A stretch of 64,000 nt of DNA, taken from the NCBI GenBank assembly GCA_013265495.1, contig MU057880.1, positions 1,146,527 to 1,210,526 on the forward strand. Direction: 5' to 3'. Source of the stretch: Vicugna vicugna. Taxonomy: Eukaryota. Positions 38,010 through 52,596 of this stretch are shown in pieces (the first letter of the stretch is position 1; each line of letters starts with the position of its first letter). The position numbers and the translations under genes were made by a program. The notes beneath the pieces are model-generated. The model saw only the letters and a program-made list of their open reading frames with translations, was not told the DNA's origin and ran no database searches.

Positions 38010-39600
38010 ACAAAACATTGCTGATGAAAATTAAGGCAGACCTGAATAAATGGAGAGATATACCATGTTCATGGTTCAGAGACTCAATATTGTTAAGATG
38101 TCATTTTCCCCCACGTCCCAAATAATCTGTAGATTTGAGGCAATTAAAACCTCAGGAGACGTTTTTTGTAGAAATTGACAAGCTGATTCCAAAATTCATG
38201 TTGAAATGCAGAAGGACTACGGCCAGTCAAACCATGTTGGGAAGGATAATAAAATTGGAAGACATGTGCTACCTGACTTCAGAACTGTTGTAAATCTATG
38301 GCAATTAAGGCACTGTAGTAATGGTGGCCAAATCGACCTATCAGTGGACCATAATAAAGGGCTCAGAAATAGACTCACATATGTATACGGTTATTTGAGT
38401 GTTGACAAAGGTGTCAAGGCAATTTCAATGGAGAAAAAAACAGTCCTTTCAACAAACGGTGTTGGAACAATTGGATATCTGTGTGCCAATGAATGAACTT
38501 GGCACAATATACCACAATGCATACAACGAATTCATACCTGACGCAAGACACAAATACTAACTCAAGCTGGATTATAGACCTAAACAGAAAAACTACACCC
38601 ATGGAATTCTAGGAAGAGATCTTGTGATCTTGGATATTTTAGGTATGACACCAAAGATGGTGACCAAAGATTTCTCAGATACAATACCAAAAGCAACATT
38701 GGCAAAAGAACAGATTGATTAATTGGATTTAGTCAAAGGTAAGGACTGCTCTCCCAAAGATACTGTTAACAGAGCAAACCAGTGAGCCAAGAACTGGGAA
38801 AAATATGTGCACTACATGTATCTAATGGAGTGTGTCTACCCAGAATACGTAGAAAGTATTCAATACTTCATAATAAGAAAGTAGTCAACAGATTTAATAG
38901 ATACTTCATCAAAGATTTATGAGTGGCAAGTAAGTATATGAAAAGATGCTTATCATATTGTAAATTAAATCCATATTAGAATAGTAATTAAGATCCACTA
39001 TCATTGAAAAGGCTACCTATGTCATGAGTCGGCAAGGATGTGGAAAAACTGGGACTCTCATAACTCCTGGTGGGCGTGAACAGCAGTACACCCATGTAGG
39101 AGAGCAGGTTGACGACAGTTAAACATTCACCTACCATATAATCCAGCCATTCTAACCTAGGACAAGAGTCACGAAAGCATGTGTTCATACAAATATTTCA
39201 AGACAAACCTTCATAGCAGCTTGGTTTGTAATAACCAAAGACTAGGAGCAGCACGAATGTTTAATAGATGAGTGACTAAACAAACTGTGGTCTAGCCATG
39301 CAACAGAATAATGCTCAGCATGGGTGAAACTCGAGATCATTATCCTGTGTGAAAGAATCCAAACAAAAAAGATTATGTAGCATATGATTCTGTTTATGTA
39401 AATTTCTAGGAAGTGACTGAGGACAGAGGAAAGGCCATTGCAGGGGAACAGGAGGGTGGGTTTGTCAGTGAGGCACCAGGATCCTTTTGGGAGTGATGGA
39501 TGTGTCCTTTATAGTCCATTGTGATGACGGTTTCTCAGAAGTATAAATATGTGAAAACATATAAACTGTGCACTTTAAATATCTTACTAAAGCTGATTTA
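38010..39600 (+). mobile_element. Old L1 (L1MB/MC/MD-like) ORF2 3' part and 3' UTR
   Basis: aataaatggagagatataccatgttcatgg...gactcaatattgttaagatg...gaaattgacaagctgattccaaaattc...ttcaacaaacggtgttggaacaattggatatc. Confidence 0.9.
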
Positions 39601-40944
39601 AGACAAGGAAAGAATATTATAATTGTTTTTGATATAAATAAACATTGTTTCTTGGTTTATGAATGATTAAATTATAGTCATACATTTAATATAATTAAAA
39701 AACCTATTAAAGGAGACTTTCCAATTTTGTGTCAATTTGATTTCTAATTAAGAAAATGTCTAGCTCTAGTTTTAAAAGCTTTTCCCATTGCATTTTGGAA
39801 AATAAGTGATTTCAGAAGGGGCAAAAGAGCCTGGGTGGTGTTTTACAAAACTAGCCAAATCTGGCAGAAAAAAAAATGCAAAGATGTTTTCTATTATGAC
39901 AGCCAGCATCCAGTGAACATGTAGCTGTGACTCTGAGTCCCTGAGAAATTTAAAGAAATATACAGACTGTTCAGTGGGAAGACTGAAAGATTTTATTTGT
40001 CCCCAGAAAGCCCCATGTCATGGGAGTTGGGCCAAGTCCTAGTTTAATTCTGACTCAGAGAGAGGGGCTTTCTCAAGGACTCTATAAGATAAAAAATTTA
40101 AAAAGTCCTTTTCCATGACACACCCGAACACGAACACCTAGGGTAGGAGAACAGCCAAGCTAAGTCACAGCGTCACAGGCAGTTTGCTGTGCATCCCAAT
40201 ATGCAGACGCCACATTATCCAGTTTTAACATAAAGAGACAGAGGGATTTTACAGATGAAAGACACGGGATGTCAGCAAGGATGCTCTAAAATAAATAGCT
40301 TGGAAGGCTGAAGAGACCAAAGAAATCTCATGCAAAGATGTTTGGTGTTCCAGCGCAGGGCAGGAGGAGCCAGGCTGTTCCCCACCGTTGACAGGTGATC
40401 CGCATCCCCAGGTAGCAGCAGGACCCCGGAAGGGGTGCAAACACAGCATCGTTCAATAGCTGAGCTGATCTTCTGCGGGGTAAGCCAGCTTGTCTGTTAC
40501 GTATAGTACACTCATGGCGAAATACTTTCCTCCCTTTAAAATGCCCTGTGCCACACGTTTTGATGGGCAGATTGCTGCTGTCAGAGCGTGATACGCACTG
40601 TCCCTCAGCCTTCTCACAAATTATGATCTAGGGTTGGGTGCACGAGTGTACATACAGAATCCTACAGAAGAAGCAAAGGGAAAAGATGCAGAAAAGAGAG
40701 AAATATTAATAACACACAGGTAACGACTCTGTCCTGTACCAGAATCGCACTGGTGTGTATAATGAGGTGACTAAGTAGGTGCTTAAAGCATTTTGCAGAG
40801 ATCCCCTAAAGGAAGAATCTGGAGATGTAGAAAGAAGCCCGCATAATTTCCACCTTACATGCATGTTTTGTTTTATTTTAAGATTGCAGTTGACCGGAAC
40901 AAGGTGGGGGCTCCAGGGGCGCCGACCCTCCACGCATTATAACT

Positions 40945-41085
40945 TAGGGTCGTCCTCCATATACCCAGGTTCTCACATCAGTTGATTCAGCCCATCGTGG
41001 GCCAGTGTCATATTTACCATTGAAAAATATCCGCAGATTAGTGGACCCAGGCAAGTCAAAACCGTGTTGTTCAGCAGTCAACCCT
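40945..41085. mobile_element. TcMar-Tigger MITE
   Basis: ttgaaaaatatccgcagattagtggacccaggcaagtcaaaaccgtgttgttcagcagtcaac matches Tigger-family termini. Confidence 0.7.
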
Positions 41086-42384
41086 AATCCCTTTTTTAAT
41101 TTGTTTTTTTGCTTAGTGTCATTTTTATTTTGAACTACACGTGGTAAGAAATCATAATCTTCAGCTAGAAAGGGGGAAAAGAAAACGTTTATAGGTTGAT
41201 AAAACCTAAAACAAAAAAGTTAATGGTGATGGAAGGTTTTACTCCATCGTAGCTTGTGACCTCAGTGTTTCCAGCCCCCATTAAAATCTTGTGCTTGATT
41301 TTGATTTAAGTAATTGAACTTGATTTATGTTTTATCAGTGTGTTTCCTTAAAAATGGAATCTACACACAAAGAGCACAAGAGGGTTACAATGAAAAGCAA
41401 GAGTCCGCTCTTCCTAGACCCTCAGTTCCCCGCCTGGAAGCTCGCTCTTTATGTAGCCTGGCAACCTTTACCTTTTCCTGCTTGAATCTAAATATCGTGG
41501 CTCTAGGCAGATTTTGCTCTGATTGCTTTCGGAGAGAATGTAAGTCAAGTCACTGGTCATGGTGACCCTGAACATGTGACATTTATGCACATTTCGTTTT
41601 CTCTTTTATAACAACAGGTGTTGGAGACAATAAAAATTAAGTTGACTGGAATGTTTTGTATCGAATAACAGTCCACTTTTATGAGAACTGTATCCCGCCA
41701 TGAATGTAAGCATTCTTAGAATGAAGGCTGGATTTTTTTTTTTTCTTTGAAGCAAACTGAGAAAAAAAGTATTTCCCAAGATCTTTGTCCCAATTGAAGG
41801 TTGGAGCACTGCATTTTTGGAGTTGTCTGTTAGCAGTACATGTGCAAAGCAAAGGCTCTGTGCTCCACACGTATTTTTGGAGTCCTTTGTTCCCATATTG
41901 ATTTACTAAAAATATATATATATATGATTCTCAAGGTGAATTAAAACTTGAGAAATTTATAAATCCACTGAAATTTTTAATGCTTGATTAAAATAACAAC
42001 TAGTAAGTATCTGGGCCCAGTCCTTGGACTTTTTTTGGCTTCATATCCTGAAGACTCTAAAATGTATGCCTCTGTTCTCAGACTTTCCTAATCTCTTACA
42101 TCTGACCATCTACACAGCATCTCTAGTTAGATGTCTAACGGGCATATTAAGATGTCTAAAAGGGACTCTTAATTTTCCTTCCAAAATTCCTCTTCCAATT
42201 TTCTCCGTTATAATTTGTGGCAACACATCTCTCTGGATGCTGAAATCACAAGACTTCCTATCAACCTTGACTCACTTATCTTTTTCCTCATAAGGAAAAG
42301 TTGATCAAGAAACAACCCTTAGCCTTCAAAACACATCTTGTAGTGCAGGGTTTCACCTCTCACGGTGCAGTGTTTCACCAGTAT

Positions 42385-42840
42385 GATCCAACAAGCTCAC
42401 TCCTAGGTATTTACTTAAGTGATATGAAAATATCTGTCCATGCTAACACTTATATGCAAATAATCCAAATTTCATAGAAGCTTTATTCATAATATTCATA
42501 ATAGTTCCAAACTGGATGTTACCCAAATGTTTATCCACTGGGGAATGGTTAAACAAATGCAATAAATCCACATAATGGAATATTACTCAGCAATAAAAAA
42601 GAACAAACTATTGATACATTTAGCAACATATATGAATCTCAAAAACATTATAATCAGTTAAAAAAAAAAGCTAGAGACGGAAGACTATGACTCTGTGGCT
42701 TCAAGTACATGACATTTTGGAAGAGGCATTACCGTGGTGATGGGAAGCAGATCAGTAGATGGTTACCAGGGTTTGGGGAGGGGGGAGGGGATTAACTGTC
42801 AAGGGGCTCAAGGGAACCCCTCTGTGGTGATGGAAATTTA
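42385..42840 (+). mobile_element. Old L1 3' UTR (L1MC/ME-like)
   Basis: cactcctaggtatttac...aatggaatattactcagcaataaaaaagaacaaactattgataca...agcagatcagtagatggttaccaggg. Confidence 0.8.
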
Positions 42841-43879
42841 TTTTATGTATATTTGGTCAAAAGATAGCCTCCTTAGTCCAAAGAGGAAACACTTATTTTT
42901 AATGTATTATGAACTGAGGAATGTGCTCTCACATATTCCCTTTACTTTAAAAATATTTCTCAGTGAAGTTTATATCCCTTGTGGTCCTAAAAGTATGTAA
43001 GTAATTTTCATGTAATGATCGATACTTTAGAAAGGGAGGCATTCAAGGATGTAGACAATAATCACAGTGGAACTAAGATTCTCCCCATCCATAACTATAA
43101 TTTTAATTTTGCTTAATTTATTCTGCCTGAAATCTGGTTTCTCAGAAAAGAGAAGCTATCAAAAGTTTTATTCTTTCCATCTTGAACTTACAGTTTTCTC
43201 ATTTAATGTCAAATATTTACTGTATAAAAATATCGAAAAAAGGAAATGAGAGATGGGGGAGGCTTTGTCAGGCATTAGCATTTGCATCAACAACTACTCT
43301 GTACCATAATAAATGTTAGTGTGCCTCAGAAAAAGTAAAGTACAATCAGATATCAAGTGAAAATGCACTTCAACATTCCCATCCAAACAATCATATGTTA
43401 TTCCTTAATTACTAACTTTAGAAGAGTACTCAATTAAATTAAATCTCCATAAAGTTAAAAACAATTTTTATTGAAGGATACCATAATAGAGAAAAGTGCA
43501 CTGATCCTAAGTGTATACAGATGGATGAGTTTTCAGAAAATAACCAAACTTGTAAACCACACTAGGATCAGAAAACATATGTATTTTTTGATCATTTTAT
43601 TTTGGGATTTCTTGTCCTCTTTTTCTAAATGATTTTAGGAGTTCTGAATATGAGACCCTTGTTGTAATAGGTACTGCAGATATCTTATCCTACTTTCCAT
43701 AAGACTCTATGTTTGAAAGAATTTTCAGAAAAACTTGATTTCTCATGTTTTGGAATGCAGCCCAAAACTTAACAGCTATTAGATCATCTCTGATATTTCA
43801 GTGTGAAAGCAGCCATAAACAGTATGTAAACAAGTGGATGTGACCAGATTTAGCCAGCAGGCCAAAGCAAGATAGGGGA

Positions 43880-44210
43880 AAAACCAGAGTAATTTGGTAG
43901 ATACAATCTCGAATATTTGAGTGTTGCATTAACTATAAATGGACCAAATACTTCAGTTAAAACTATTTCCAATTTCTCTAGTCTAGGGAAAACACACTAG
44001 AACTAAGATGGTCAGATTGTATTAAAAAGAAGCTAACAAGTAATTCACCTTAAATATAAGGCTCAGCAATGTTGAAAACAAAAGGATAGAAAATCACTCC
44101 ATGCAAACACCAACAAAAAAGAATGCTTTCAGAATAATGACAAACACGGTAGACATGAAGGCAAAAATTATTACTAAAAATAAAGAGGGGTATTTTAAAC
44201 AATGAAAGAC
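43880..44210 (+). mobile_element. Old L1 ORF2 start fragment
   Basis: taaatggaccaaatacttcagttaaaa...cttaaatataag...ttgaaaacaaaaggatagaaaa...catgcaaacaccaac...taaagaggggtatttt. Confidence 0.65.
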
Positions 44211-46661
44211 ACCAACCACCAGAGGCTGCTGGCCACCCTGTGGACGGGCTGTCTCTGGGTCAGAGGTCTACCCTGCTCCAGGCAGCTTGATCCAGGTACG
44301 TGTCCTGAGCTGGAGAGGCCCGTCAGTGGAGCAGGCACGCTGTGGCTTCTCTAGACAGGTGAGTGCCGTCTGCCAGCAGCTTGTTCTGTCTGTGCAGCGC
44401 AGTCAATGAGCTCACCTAGCGAATGTTAAGGGACAAAGTTCTAAACAGAGCAGAGGGCAAAGTGAATCTCAATACAGTATTTCTTGCATTTTAGAGTTCC
44501 TACACACTTTCAAAACATGTCTTGTAAATATAAAATCTTTATAGTATATGAAAGCTGGGACTCACTGATGTCACATTTGTCTTCCCTGCAGACCATTCTG
44601 TATTGACTGATCCACAGCTGCAACTGGTACCTGGCCTTAGTCAACATTCTAAAATTTTAGGATAAAATGGCTCACATGTGACTAAATAAGCTTGAGTCCA
44701 AACACTCATTTATTTAAAGTTTAATAGTTAGAATTAACTTTTTGTAGAAAAAGCAATTCAGGAGGATCACCTGACATTGCTTTTGCTTAGCAAATTATCT
44801 ACTGTATTACTGATTTTGCACTGGCTAGAGAAAACACCTTCAAAACAAAGGGAAGAAAATAATTCATTTTTCTTATATATATTTCAATTTTCTTCTTTAT
44901 TGTATGTACTGAATATTCTAGGGTGCAGCTTAGTAAAAACATCACAGCTATTCAAGGAAAAAGTAGGTGATGCAAATAAATACAGTTTGTTTCTAAAAGT
45001 CTGTACATTCCAACTGTTGTAATTAAGAATAAAGGAAACGTCACATCGGTATTAGAAAATGTCCTGGATAGAATTAAAATTGGGGGATTTTAAAATCTCA
45101 GCCTTCTCATTAACTGATAATTGGAATAAGATACACTTGTCATTTGGCAAACTATTCGAACCTCAACTGACTTTACTCAATAATAAACATTTCATGGTAT
45201 TGCAGATGACAAAGCCTGCAGTGTGGATCATCGCTAAAAGAGGTAGTCACTTTAAAACTTTATTGAAGATGGACTTTCAGCTTTGATCTATAAGAGGGTT
45301 ATAGTCTACCTTAAGAACAAATACACCATATATAAATTTGGTGCTAAGCTGTGGCCAGCTCTGCAAAACAGTTCATCATTCCAGCTCAACTATACAGTGT
45401 AGCCCCAGCTTGGAGTTCTGCCACCAATAAAGCAAATTATCCGCTATGCAATCCAAACTCTGAAGTGTGCTACCTGACTCTTGAGGGAGTGATAGAGATG
45501 CTGTGGCTCTTCACAAGGGTCTCCTCAAGGATGCTGTAGGCTGTCCTGATGCACTTGTTTGCCGGGTGAGGAAGCTGACTTCCATCATGAAAGGGTACTG
45601 GGTGCAGGACCGAGGCAGGTTGCAGCCTAAAGACACATCGAGGCAGAACAACAACAAAAACTGACAGCAGAGCTGCATCTATGATGTATTGATTCTGCAG
45701 TGCTTTGGTGTGTAAGTTTAAGTCTTCTGAGTTCATTTTTTTATTGTACCAAGTTTTGTGATTTTGTGAAATTAGCCAAGACATAAAGACCTTTTACTTG
45801 TAGACTAGAATAGTGTTGACAAACATACCTGCATCATCAAAGCTGATGTATATTTAGGAGGAAAGTTTGGTTTGACTGCTGAGGTAAATCATTCTAGGCT
45901 GGAATCTGTTAGTGACACTGTGACCAGTCCAGTCACATTCACCTATGTTGTCCTTTATGACAACAGACAGAAGCGGGGTTAGCTCCAGGGATGCCCCTGT
46001 ATCTTCCAGCAACAAAGCGTGGAGATGAGCCTAGGTCATTGTTCCATTTTGTGCAATCTAAACACACGTATATGTTATGGCTCACACTTGTTAAAACCAG
46101 ACTGAAGCAATTCACCAGGAATTGCTTACCAGTTTTTAAAAGTCCCAATAAACCAAAGTAAATAAGAGATTAAGGGCATTCCAAAGTCTGGTGGCTTGAT
46201 AAAATGGACCAAGTTGCTCAAGGACTTTTAACTACAATGTTTATGTATTGTAAAAAGGGTTATTTAGTGATGGCATAATCAAGGAATGGGGAAAGCTATA
46301 AAAAGTTAATACAGTCACCCTGAGTGACATCTCTGGCAGGGCAAACCCAGAGCCCTCTAATGAGCTATGACGAAATAGCAGATGCAACATTTGCAGGCAT
46401 TCTGAGGCATATTTAACCGTAAGGAAAAGGCAATAAGAATTTTCTTGCTTCAGCTTACATTTAAAGAGAAATGAAAGACTCAGTGATGAAGTAATACTTG
46501 CTCCTTCTTTCTGGTACTTATCAGATAACACCATGGCAGACCCTCTTCCTGTTTGGACGATGGTGCTGTTTGGTAAGTACTGAAAAGGAGGGAGCAGGCA
46601 TGACTTTGCCCCATTCATCCAACTCCAGGTGCCTGTGCAGGAAAGAAAGTTGGTGTAGTTT

Positions 46662-47207
46662 TGATAGAGCAGGCAGACAGCTAGATACGAGCAGAGAAAG
46701 GGGGCTTGGGTCAAATGGCAGGAAACCACACGTCTTATGAACAATGGGCATCCTCGGGCAGACAGAGGAAAGCAGGAACTACCAGACTGATAAGATACCA
46801 CACAATCTGGGGTGACAAAAGTGGGAAAAGGCAGGAATCTCCAGTGTCTGAGTGTAAATTCTTGCTCATTATGCCCTCATTTCAATAAAATTAGCCTTGC
46901 AGATTAGAAGTACCCCTCATGCACCAATGCCATGACACTTCTGATCCAGACTTAAATAAGGACAAAAATCCTTTCTCCTCTCAGAAACATGGAGCTGGGA
47001 TGAAAATCAGGAACTATAACCCCAAACACCTCCCTCTCCAATGAATATTCCACCAACTCATTTTTACACCCTATTTAACCAGCTTGTCAAGGAATCTCAG
47101 GGCAGCTGCTCACCTGAGTCTCCCTTGAGAGCATCCTATCACTTAATAATAAATTCTCATCTCTGAATTCTTTCCGCAACAAGACAAGGACCTACTCTCT
47201 GATAGCA
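46662..47207 (+). mobile_element. ERV1-type solo LTR (lineage-specific family), copy 1
   Basis: TG...CA ends, perfect 4-bp TSD gttt (46658-46661 / 47208-47211), AATAAA near the 3' end; homologous to the copies at 52.6 and 61.5 kb. Confidence 0.9.
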
Positions 47208-47519
47208 GTTTGACATTAGGGAACAAAACAAAAGTGAATTGACTCATGTGGGATTGAGTCCATGATTTAGACTCAGAAAAGTACACCCCGAATTAGTGAC
47301 TGCAGCCTTGGTAAAGCATGACTGAATTTCTATTGAATCTCACATGCAGTTAGAATTAGAGTTAAAGTTAGGGTTCAGTGGAGATGGAGCAAAGGTGTGG
47401 GGACACTGCTATCTCCAGCACCACATTCTAGTGATTATTTAGTAATTTTAATGAGTGAAAGAGGACAATCCAACGTTTGCAGAGAAGCAGGCACCAGATT
47501 TATTTTCCCTCCATTCTGT

Positions 47520-47670
47520 GGTGTAGCCAATAATGCCCCTATTTTTGTTAATGAGGAGACTGAGACATAGAGAGCTAAAGCAATTTGCCAAAGGTTATGC
47601 TTCAGGTCAGTGACAAAGCTGGGATTTAAACTTGGGTCTGTCTCCAAATATTTACGTGCTATTCTAGACT
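47520..47670 (-). mobile_element. MIR SINE fragment
   Basis: atgaggagactgagacatagagagctaaagcaatttgccaaaggtta...gctgggatttaaacttgggtctgtct. Confidence 0.8.
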
Positions 47671-49214
47671 AAGAGCGGCCACCAGGCTCACCTTTGGAAA
47701 TTTAAGAAATACATGTGATAAGTTCCCTTATGGATTTGAGAGGAAAGGAAGGGAACAACTGATAAAACTTAAATATGGACTAAGGGTCGGAAAACAGCAA
47801 TGTATCAATATTAAATTTCCTAATTTTGGTAACCGGACTGTGATTCCAAAAGATAATGCCTTTGTTTTCGGAAAATAAACACAAGTTTATATATCTTTGT
47901 ATATGCATAGATATTCTATATCTCTGTAGAGATAAATATATAGATAGGAAGAGTGATAAAGTAAATGGGGCAAAATGCAAGTAATTGGTGACTCTGGGTG
48001 TAGACCTGCATTTTGCAAAAATGCTGACAGTACTACCTCTCATTCCCTAGTTCTTTCACCGGTACAAGGGCTTTATTTTCCCCCTCCGAGTTTGGGGTGG
48101 GGCATGTCTGAGGCGGAAGTGATGCTACAGGACTTTCCAGGCTGGATAATAAAAGGCGGTACAGCTGCTGTGCAGCTCACTCCTGGAGCCCGCCACGCTC
48201 AGAGGGGGCTCATGCAGGTCTCAGCCTGGCTGGGCTCTGAGCTCAGGGGGGCACTAACCTGCCAGCCCAGGGAGGCCCCATCCTGGAGTCAGGGCCAGTG
48301 GGGTCAGGGCCGTCGCTGCTGCTGCTGCCTGGAGCAGAGCCAAGCCTTCTCTCTGAGCCACGCCCAAAATACAGATCCTGAGCTAACAGAACAGATACTC
48401 AGAACTCTGGGCAAAGAATGGGGTGGGGAGAAGTTGCTCTTTCAGCTTTCTTACAGGTTTCAAACGACATGGAAATGGGAAATTCAAGGACACACATTGT
48501 CAGCCAAGGGGGTCTGACGTGGGATTCTAGAAGATGAGTGGCCCAAATGAAAAAATGCACGAGGAGTTGCCATACCGCTGGACAGACTTCAGCAGGAGAC
48601 ACCACGGGGTTAACAATGCTTTATTCTGTTGCCACAGGGAGGTGCGTGTACCTACGATGCACCTGTCCTGCTTTTTATCTGTTCTCTGCCAGCACATGCA
48701 CAATCTGAATTTCTTTGTTCTTGAGGCTTTCAGAGTATCTCTAGTGCATGCGTACTTCTGTTTTCTTTGTTCTAAATCTTGTATAATTGATGCATACGTA
48801 CAGTCATTATTACTGCATACTACAAACATGCTCTCATCATGGCCTTTCGTCCCACGGCCTTAACTCATCTCAAGGCCAGCTCACACACGCCCAGACCCTA
48901 CTGTCAGAGCCTGATTTAGTACAGGTGGGCATGTGGACCCTGAAACAACAAGATGAACCAGAAACAAAACAAAAAGATTTCTCGAGAGATTCTGATATAT
49001 CTCTTTGTTTATAAATCCCCTGTTCAGTCAAAAAGAAATGAATTGATGATTACTATAAAAAATTATGTTTCAATATTATGTCAATGAAGTTATGCTAGAA
49101 TACTTAAGATATTCAATAAATTAATAACATATATAGATGAGTGAATTTTTAAGTTATCATCTGAAGTCTTTTTTAAAAATGTGATATTTCTTTCATTATT
49201 TGAGGTTTAAAGCC

Positions 49215-49371
49215 TTTTTTTTTTTTTTTGGTAGGGTAGATAATCAGGTTTTTATGTTGTTGTTGTTTTGTTTTTGTTGTCGTTGTTTCTTTAAATGGAG
49301 GTACTGGGGGTTGAACCCGGGGCCTCATGCATATTAGCCATGCACTCTGCCACTGAGCTGTACCCTCCCCC
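49215..49371 (-). mobile_element. tRNA-Ala-derived SINE (camelid Vic-1-like)
   Basis: Reverse complement GGGGGAGGGTACAGCTCAGTGGCAGAGTGCATGGCTAATATGCATGAGGCCCCGGGTTCAACCCCCAGTACCTCC plus AAC-rich tail and poly-A. Confidence 0.85.
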
Positions 49372-50389
49372 TAAAGACATTCTAATGTGACTTTTTAGGT
49401 TCTTTCCAGTCTGTGTTTTCTCTTGTATGGATACTGCACTGTAGATTTTTTTTCCTATTCTACATGTGAAACTGGCATACTGAACACCTTTGTGGTGAAA
49501 ATTTGGAGCACATGGGTCACGTTCTTGCTGTAGACCCAGCCTCTAAGAAAGATGACTAGCCATCCAAACAGTGTGTCCAATTTTGGGATGTCTATGGATC
49601 AAGGCCAGCATCCAAGTGGTTGGGCTTCTCAAATGTACCTCGATTATCCTCCTGAGAAAGGGGTAAGGGTTGTACCAAGTTGTTCTGACCAGGGACCCCC
49701 AGTGAATGAGGTAGATATTCGAGGTCCTTGACTGAAGAAACACGTCAGGAGCCCAGACAAAGCCAAATGAGGCAGGCATCCCGCTTGGTCTAGATGCGAG
49801 CAGATCCTGGAAGCAGGTGCAGGAGCCCCTTTACGTTGACCAGGGGAGCCGTTCACATCAAGCTCCGGGCTGCCCAACTCTACCCATTAGTAGGGGCTGG
49901 GATCCCACATCCTGTCCGAGGGATTCAGCTCCACTGTAGGGTCTGTAGTGTCTCCTCTTTGGTAATGATACCACCATCTGCCCTGTAGTTCAAGCCAATA
50001 TCTGAGGGGAAAACCCAGATTTCTCTTCTGTTCTTCACTTCCAGAGCAAATTTCCAAGTCCTTTGGTCTTCCTGGAAAACACTGGGTTCACTAGATGAAT
50101 CAGAGTGTGAAGAACGTGTGAGAATTTAGGGAATACTGTGTGCTGATGTGTGTTTTCGCAGTGGGCATTCCAGGGTTGTGAAGCATTTGAGGTGAAGATA
50201 ATCCGTGCTCGTATGGGTCAGTCCTGCCTTAATGAGAACACCTGTGCATTCTCACAACTGTGAAGTTTCCTTCCCCTTCATTTCGGTGCCCAATAATACT
50301 CCTGTACATGTATTCAGTTTTTTGATGTTCACAGGGTATTAATATGTTGGATCTCTATGTATATTTAAGGTCATAAACAGCATTTATTA

Positions 50390-51262
50390 CCTTGGTTTAA
50401 AAAAAGTTTCACCTTCATTCCCACTCTCAGTGCCCAGGGTGAGGCCTCTGTGGTCTGATTACATGTGTTGCACCATTACAGTGGCTTCTAAGTGGTGTCT
50501 TGGCCTCAAGCTGCTGGCTCATTCTGATTCACCCATCCTTCTTCCCTGACTGCAATGTTTAATGCAGTTAAACCTTTGTATTCTGCTCTTGATCAAAGTT
50601 TTCCAGTGTTTTCCCCGTGCAGGTTGAATTTCACGTCTTTAGGACTCAGGTGGCCCTTCCCAGTATGACTCTTGCCAGTCCTGCTTTCGAATGTAATGTT
50701 TCATCCCCAGTCTTCCTGAATTCACCACGCTCTCTCACTCTGCTGTACCTCTGGACAGGCTCTTCTCGGTCAAGATGCCCTCTCTCTATTTGCATCCTGC
50801 CTGCCCAGCAATCTCCTGTCAGTGCTTCAAGACTCAACCCAAATACCATGTTCCATGTGCAGCCATCAGTGAACTTCTGCAGAACTTTGATCTCATCTTC
50901 CTTCCAGCTTTTATCATATTCATCCGACAGTCTGTATAGTTTATATATAAACGTATTGAGCATTTATATATATATATAGTATATATAGTTTACATATAAA
51001 GTATATTGAACATTTACTGTATGCCTGGCAGTATTTCAGACACCAGGGAGAAAGAATGAAATAAAACATATCAATTGATAAGTTCCTGGCCTTGAGTTGC
51101 TGAATGACACTTGCAGTTGTTAATTCGCCCTCTGTCTCTTCTCTGGTCAGTATACACACCTGAGACCTTGTCTGAATTATCTTTGTATCCTGTCCGTCAA
51201 GCACCGTGTCTGGCCCATAGCAGGAACTGGACAACAATTTACAAGTGACTACTGAATGAATA
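50390..51262. mobile_element. L2 fragments
   Basis: Degenerate L2 3' motifs (gtattgagcattt..., agcaccgtgtctggcccatagcagg...tgaatgaat). Confidence 0.55.
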
Positions 51263-52596
51263 ACCTGGTGCTAGTTTCCAAAGGAGAAGCTGAATCAAGG
51301 AGAAATGTAATAGGTGTCAAAGGACAGATTCTTTTTTGAAATTCTTATTTCAAAGATTTCCTTTTAACACAAAGGGAATGAAATATTCCAGTGATCCTGT
51401 ACCCTAAGCCAACCTCTACATGATGGTTTTCTTTCTTTCTTTGTATTTATATTAGTTTATGTCCTCTCCTGAGTAATTCATACATCGTGCTGCTGTTTCT
51501 AGGAAGATATATAACTTCTAAGCATTGATGGTCCCAGGACAATCACGAAGGAACAAATTCCATCATGCTTGCCTTCAAACCCTCCTTTATCCTAGGGAAG
51601 CACTCCTTCCTCCGCAGCTAAACTCCCTTTCAGGGAAGGCTCTGATGTCATGGTATCAGGGGATTATTTACACCCCAGAATATGTGAATATGAATCTACT
51701 GGATTTGTCTTGATGCTAGTGGATGAATGGTAAGCTCTGATGCCGAGATAATTTCAACTAGTGGAATGTATATTTTTGATTATAAGAACTCCCCCCACCT
51801 CTCTGAAATCACGAAAGAGAAATGCTTACATGTGTATTCTTAGGACCTGCCTGCTATTTGTTTTTAGTGGTCCCCTTGGCAATTTTGAATATGAGTTGGT
51901 GGCTGGCAGTACTTAAAAAGTAAAGAACTGAAAAAGTGTGTTTTATCCCAATGCTAAAACACACGGACATACAGACGCGGAGACTGGAGCTATGAGTGGA
52001 ATCAGCACGTAGCCGCTCGAGGAGAAAAGCTGGCAGTGGTCACAGAAATAGTTACTATAATGGCCTCTTTCTAGAAAGATGCCCTCAGGTTTGATTTGCT
52101 GAAATGACTCTAAGTATCTTTGGAGCAGAGAGAGTCCATCTCTCCTTGAGCAAAATTACTGTGGGTTTATTGTTTCAAAGTTTTCAGCTATAATGGTTCT
52201 ATCCAGGACAGAACTGCTTGAAAGGAACAGCCATAAAACCCTTCCAGTGCTTTTATTTTGTAATGCAGTTTTGTCCCGTTCAATCCACTGAACTGCGGCC
52301 AGTGACAGACACCATTACAGAGTTTCTGCCCTATGAAACAAGAGACATTAAAATTCTGTCCCTTGCATTCCTGTCTTCTTTTGTTTCCATGTTAGGAATA
52401 TTTTTTCTTCTTTGAGTCCTCTATGTTTTATCAGAAACAAGGACGCTGATTTCAAATGTTGAAAAGGACAGAAAGGATGTCTCTTCTGGGCTCAGCGGTT
52501 ACAGTCCTGCTGGGAGCATTGGGATGGTGCCTGGAATCGATTCATCGATGCAGCCAGCTTGTAGTTATTATGTGAGAGGCGATTTCAATGTCCTGT

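Noticed and set aside
8822..46057. VPS9-domain-like motifs (LLCAIAFLKNL, GNPP, STDLL...EGY)
   Set aside because: Motifs fall in three separate places with wrong spacing and do not assemble into one domain.
46241..46888. 186-aa minus ORF and similar peptides at 46.7 and 53.0 kb
   Set aside because: They run through the LTR copies; the similarity is LTR homology, not a gene family.
6580..49371. Three tRNA-like sequences as tRNA genes
   Set aside because: Stem mismatches plus A-rich SINE tails identify them as SINEs.
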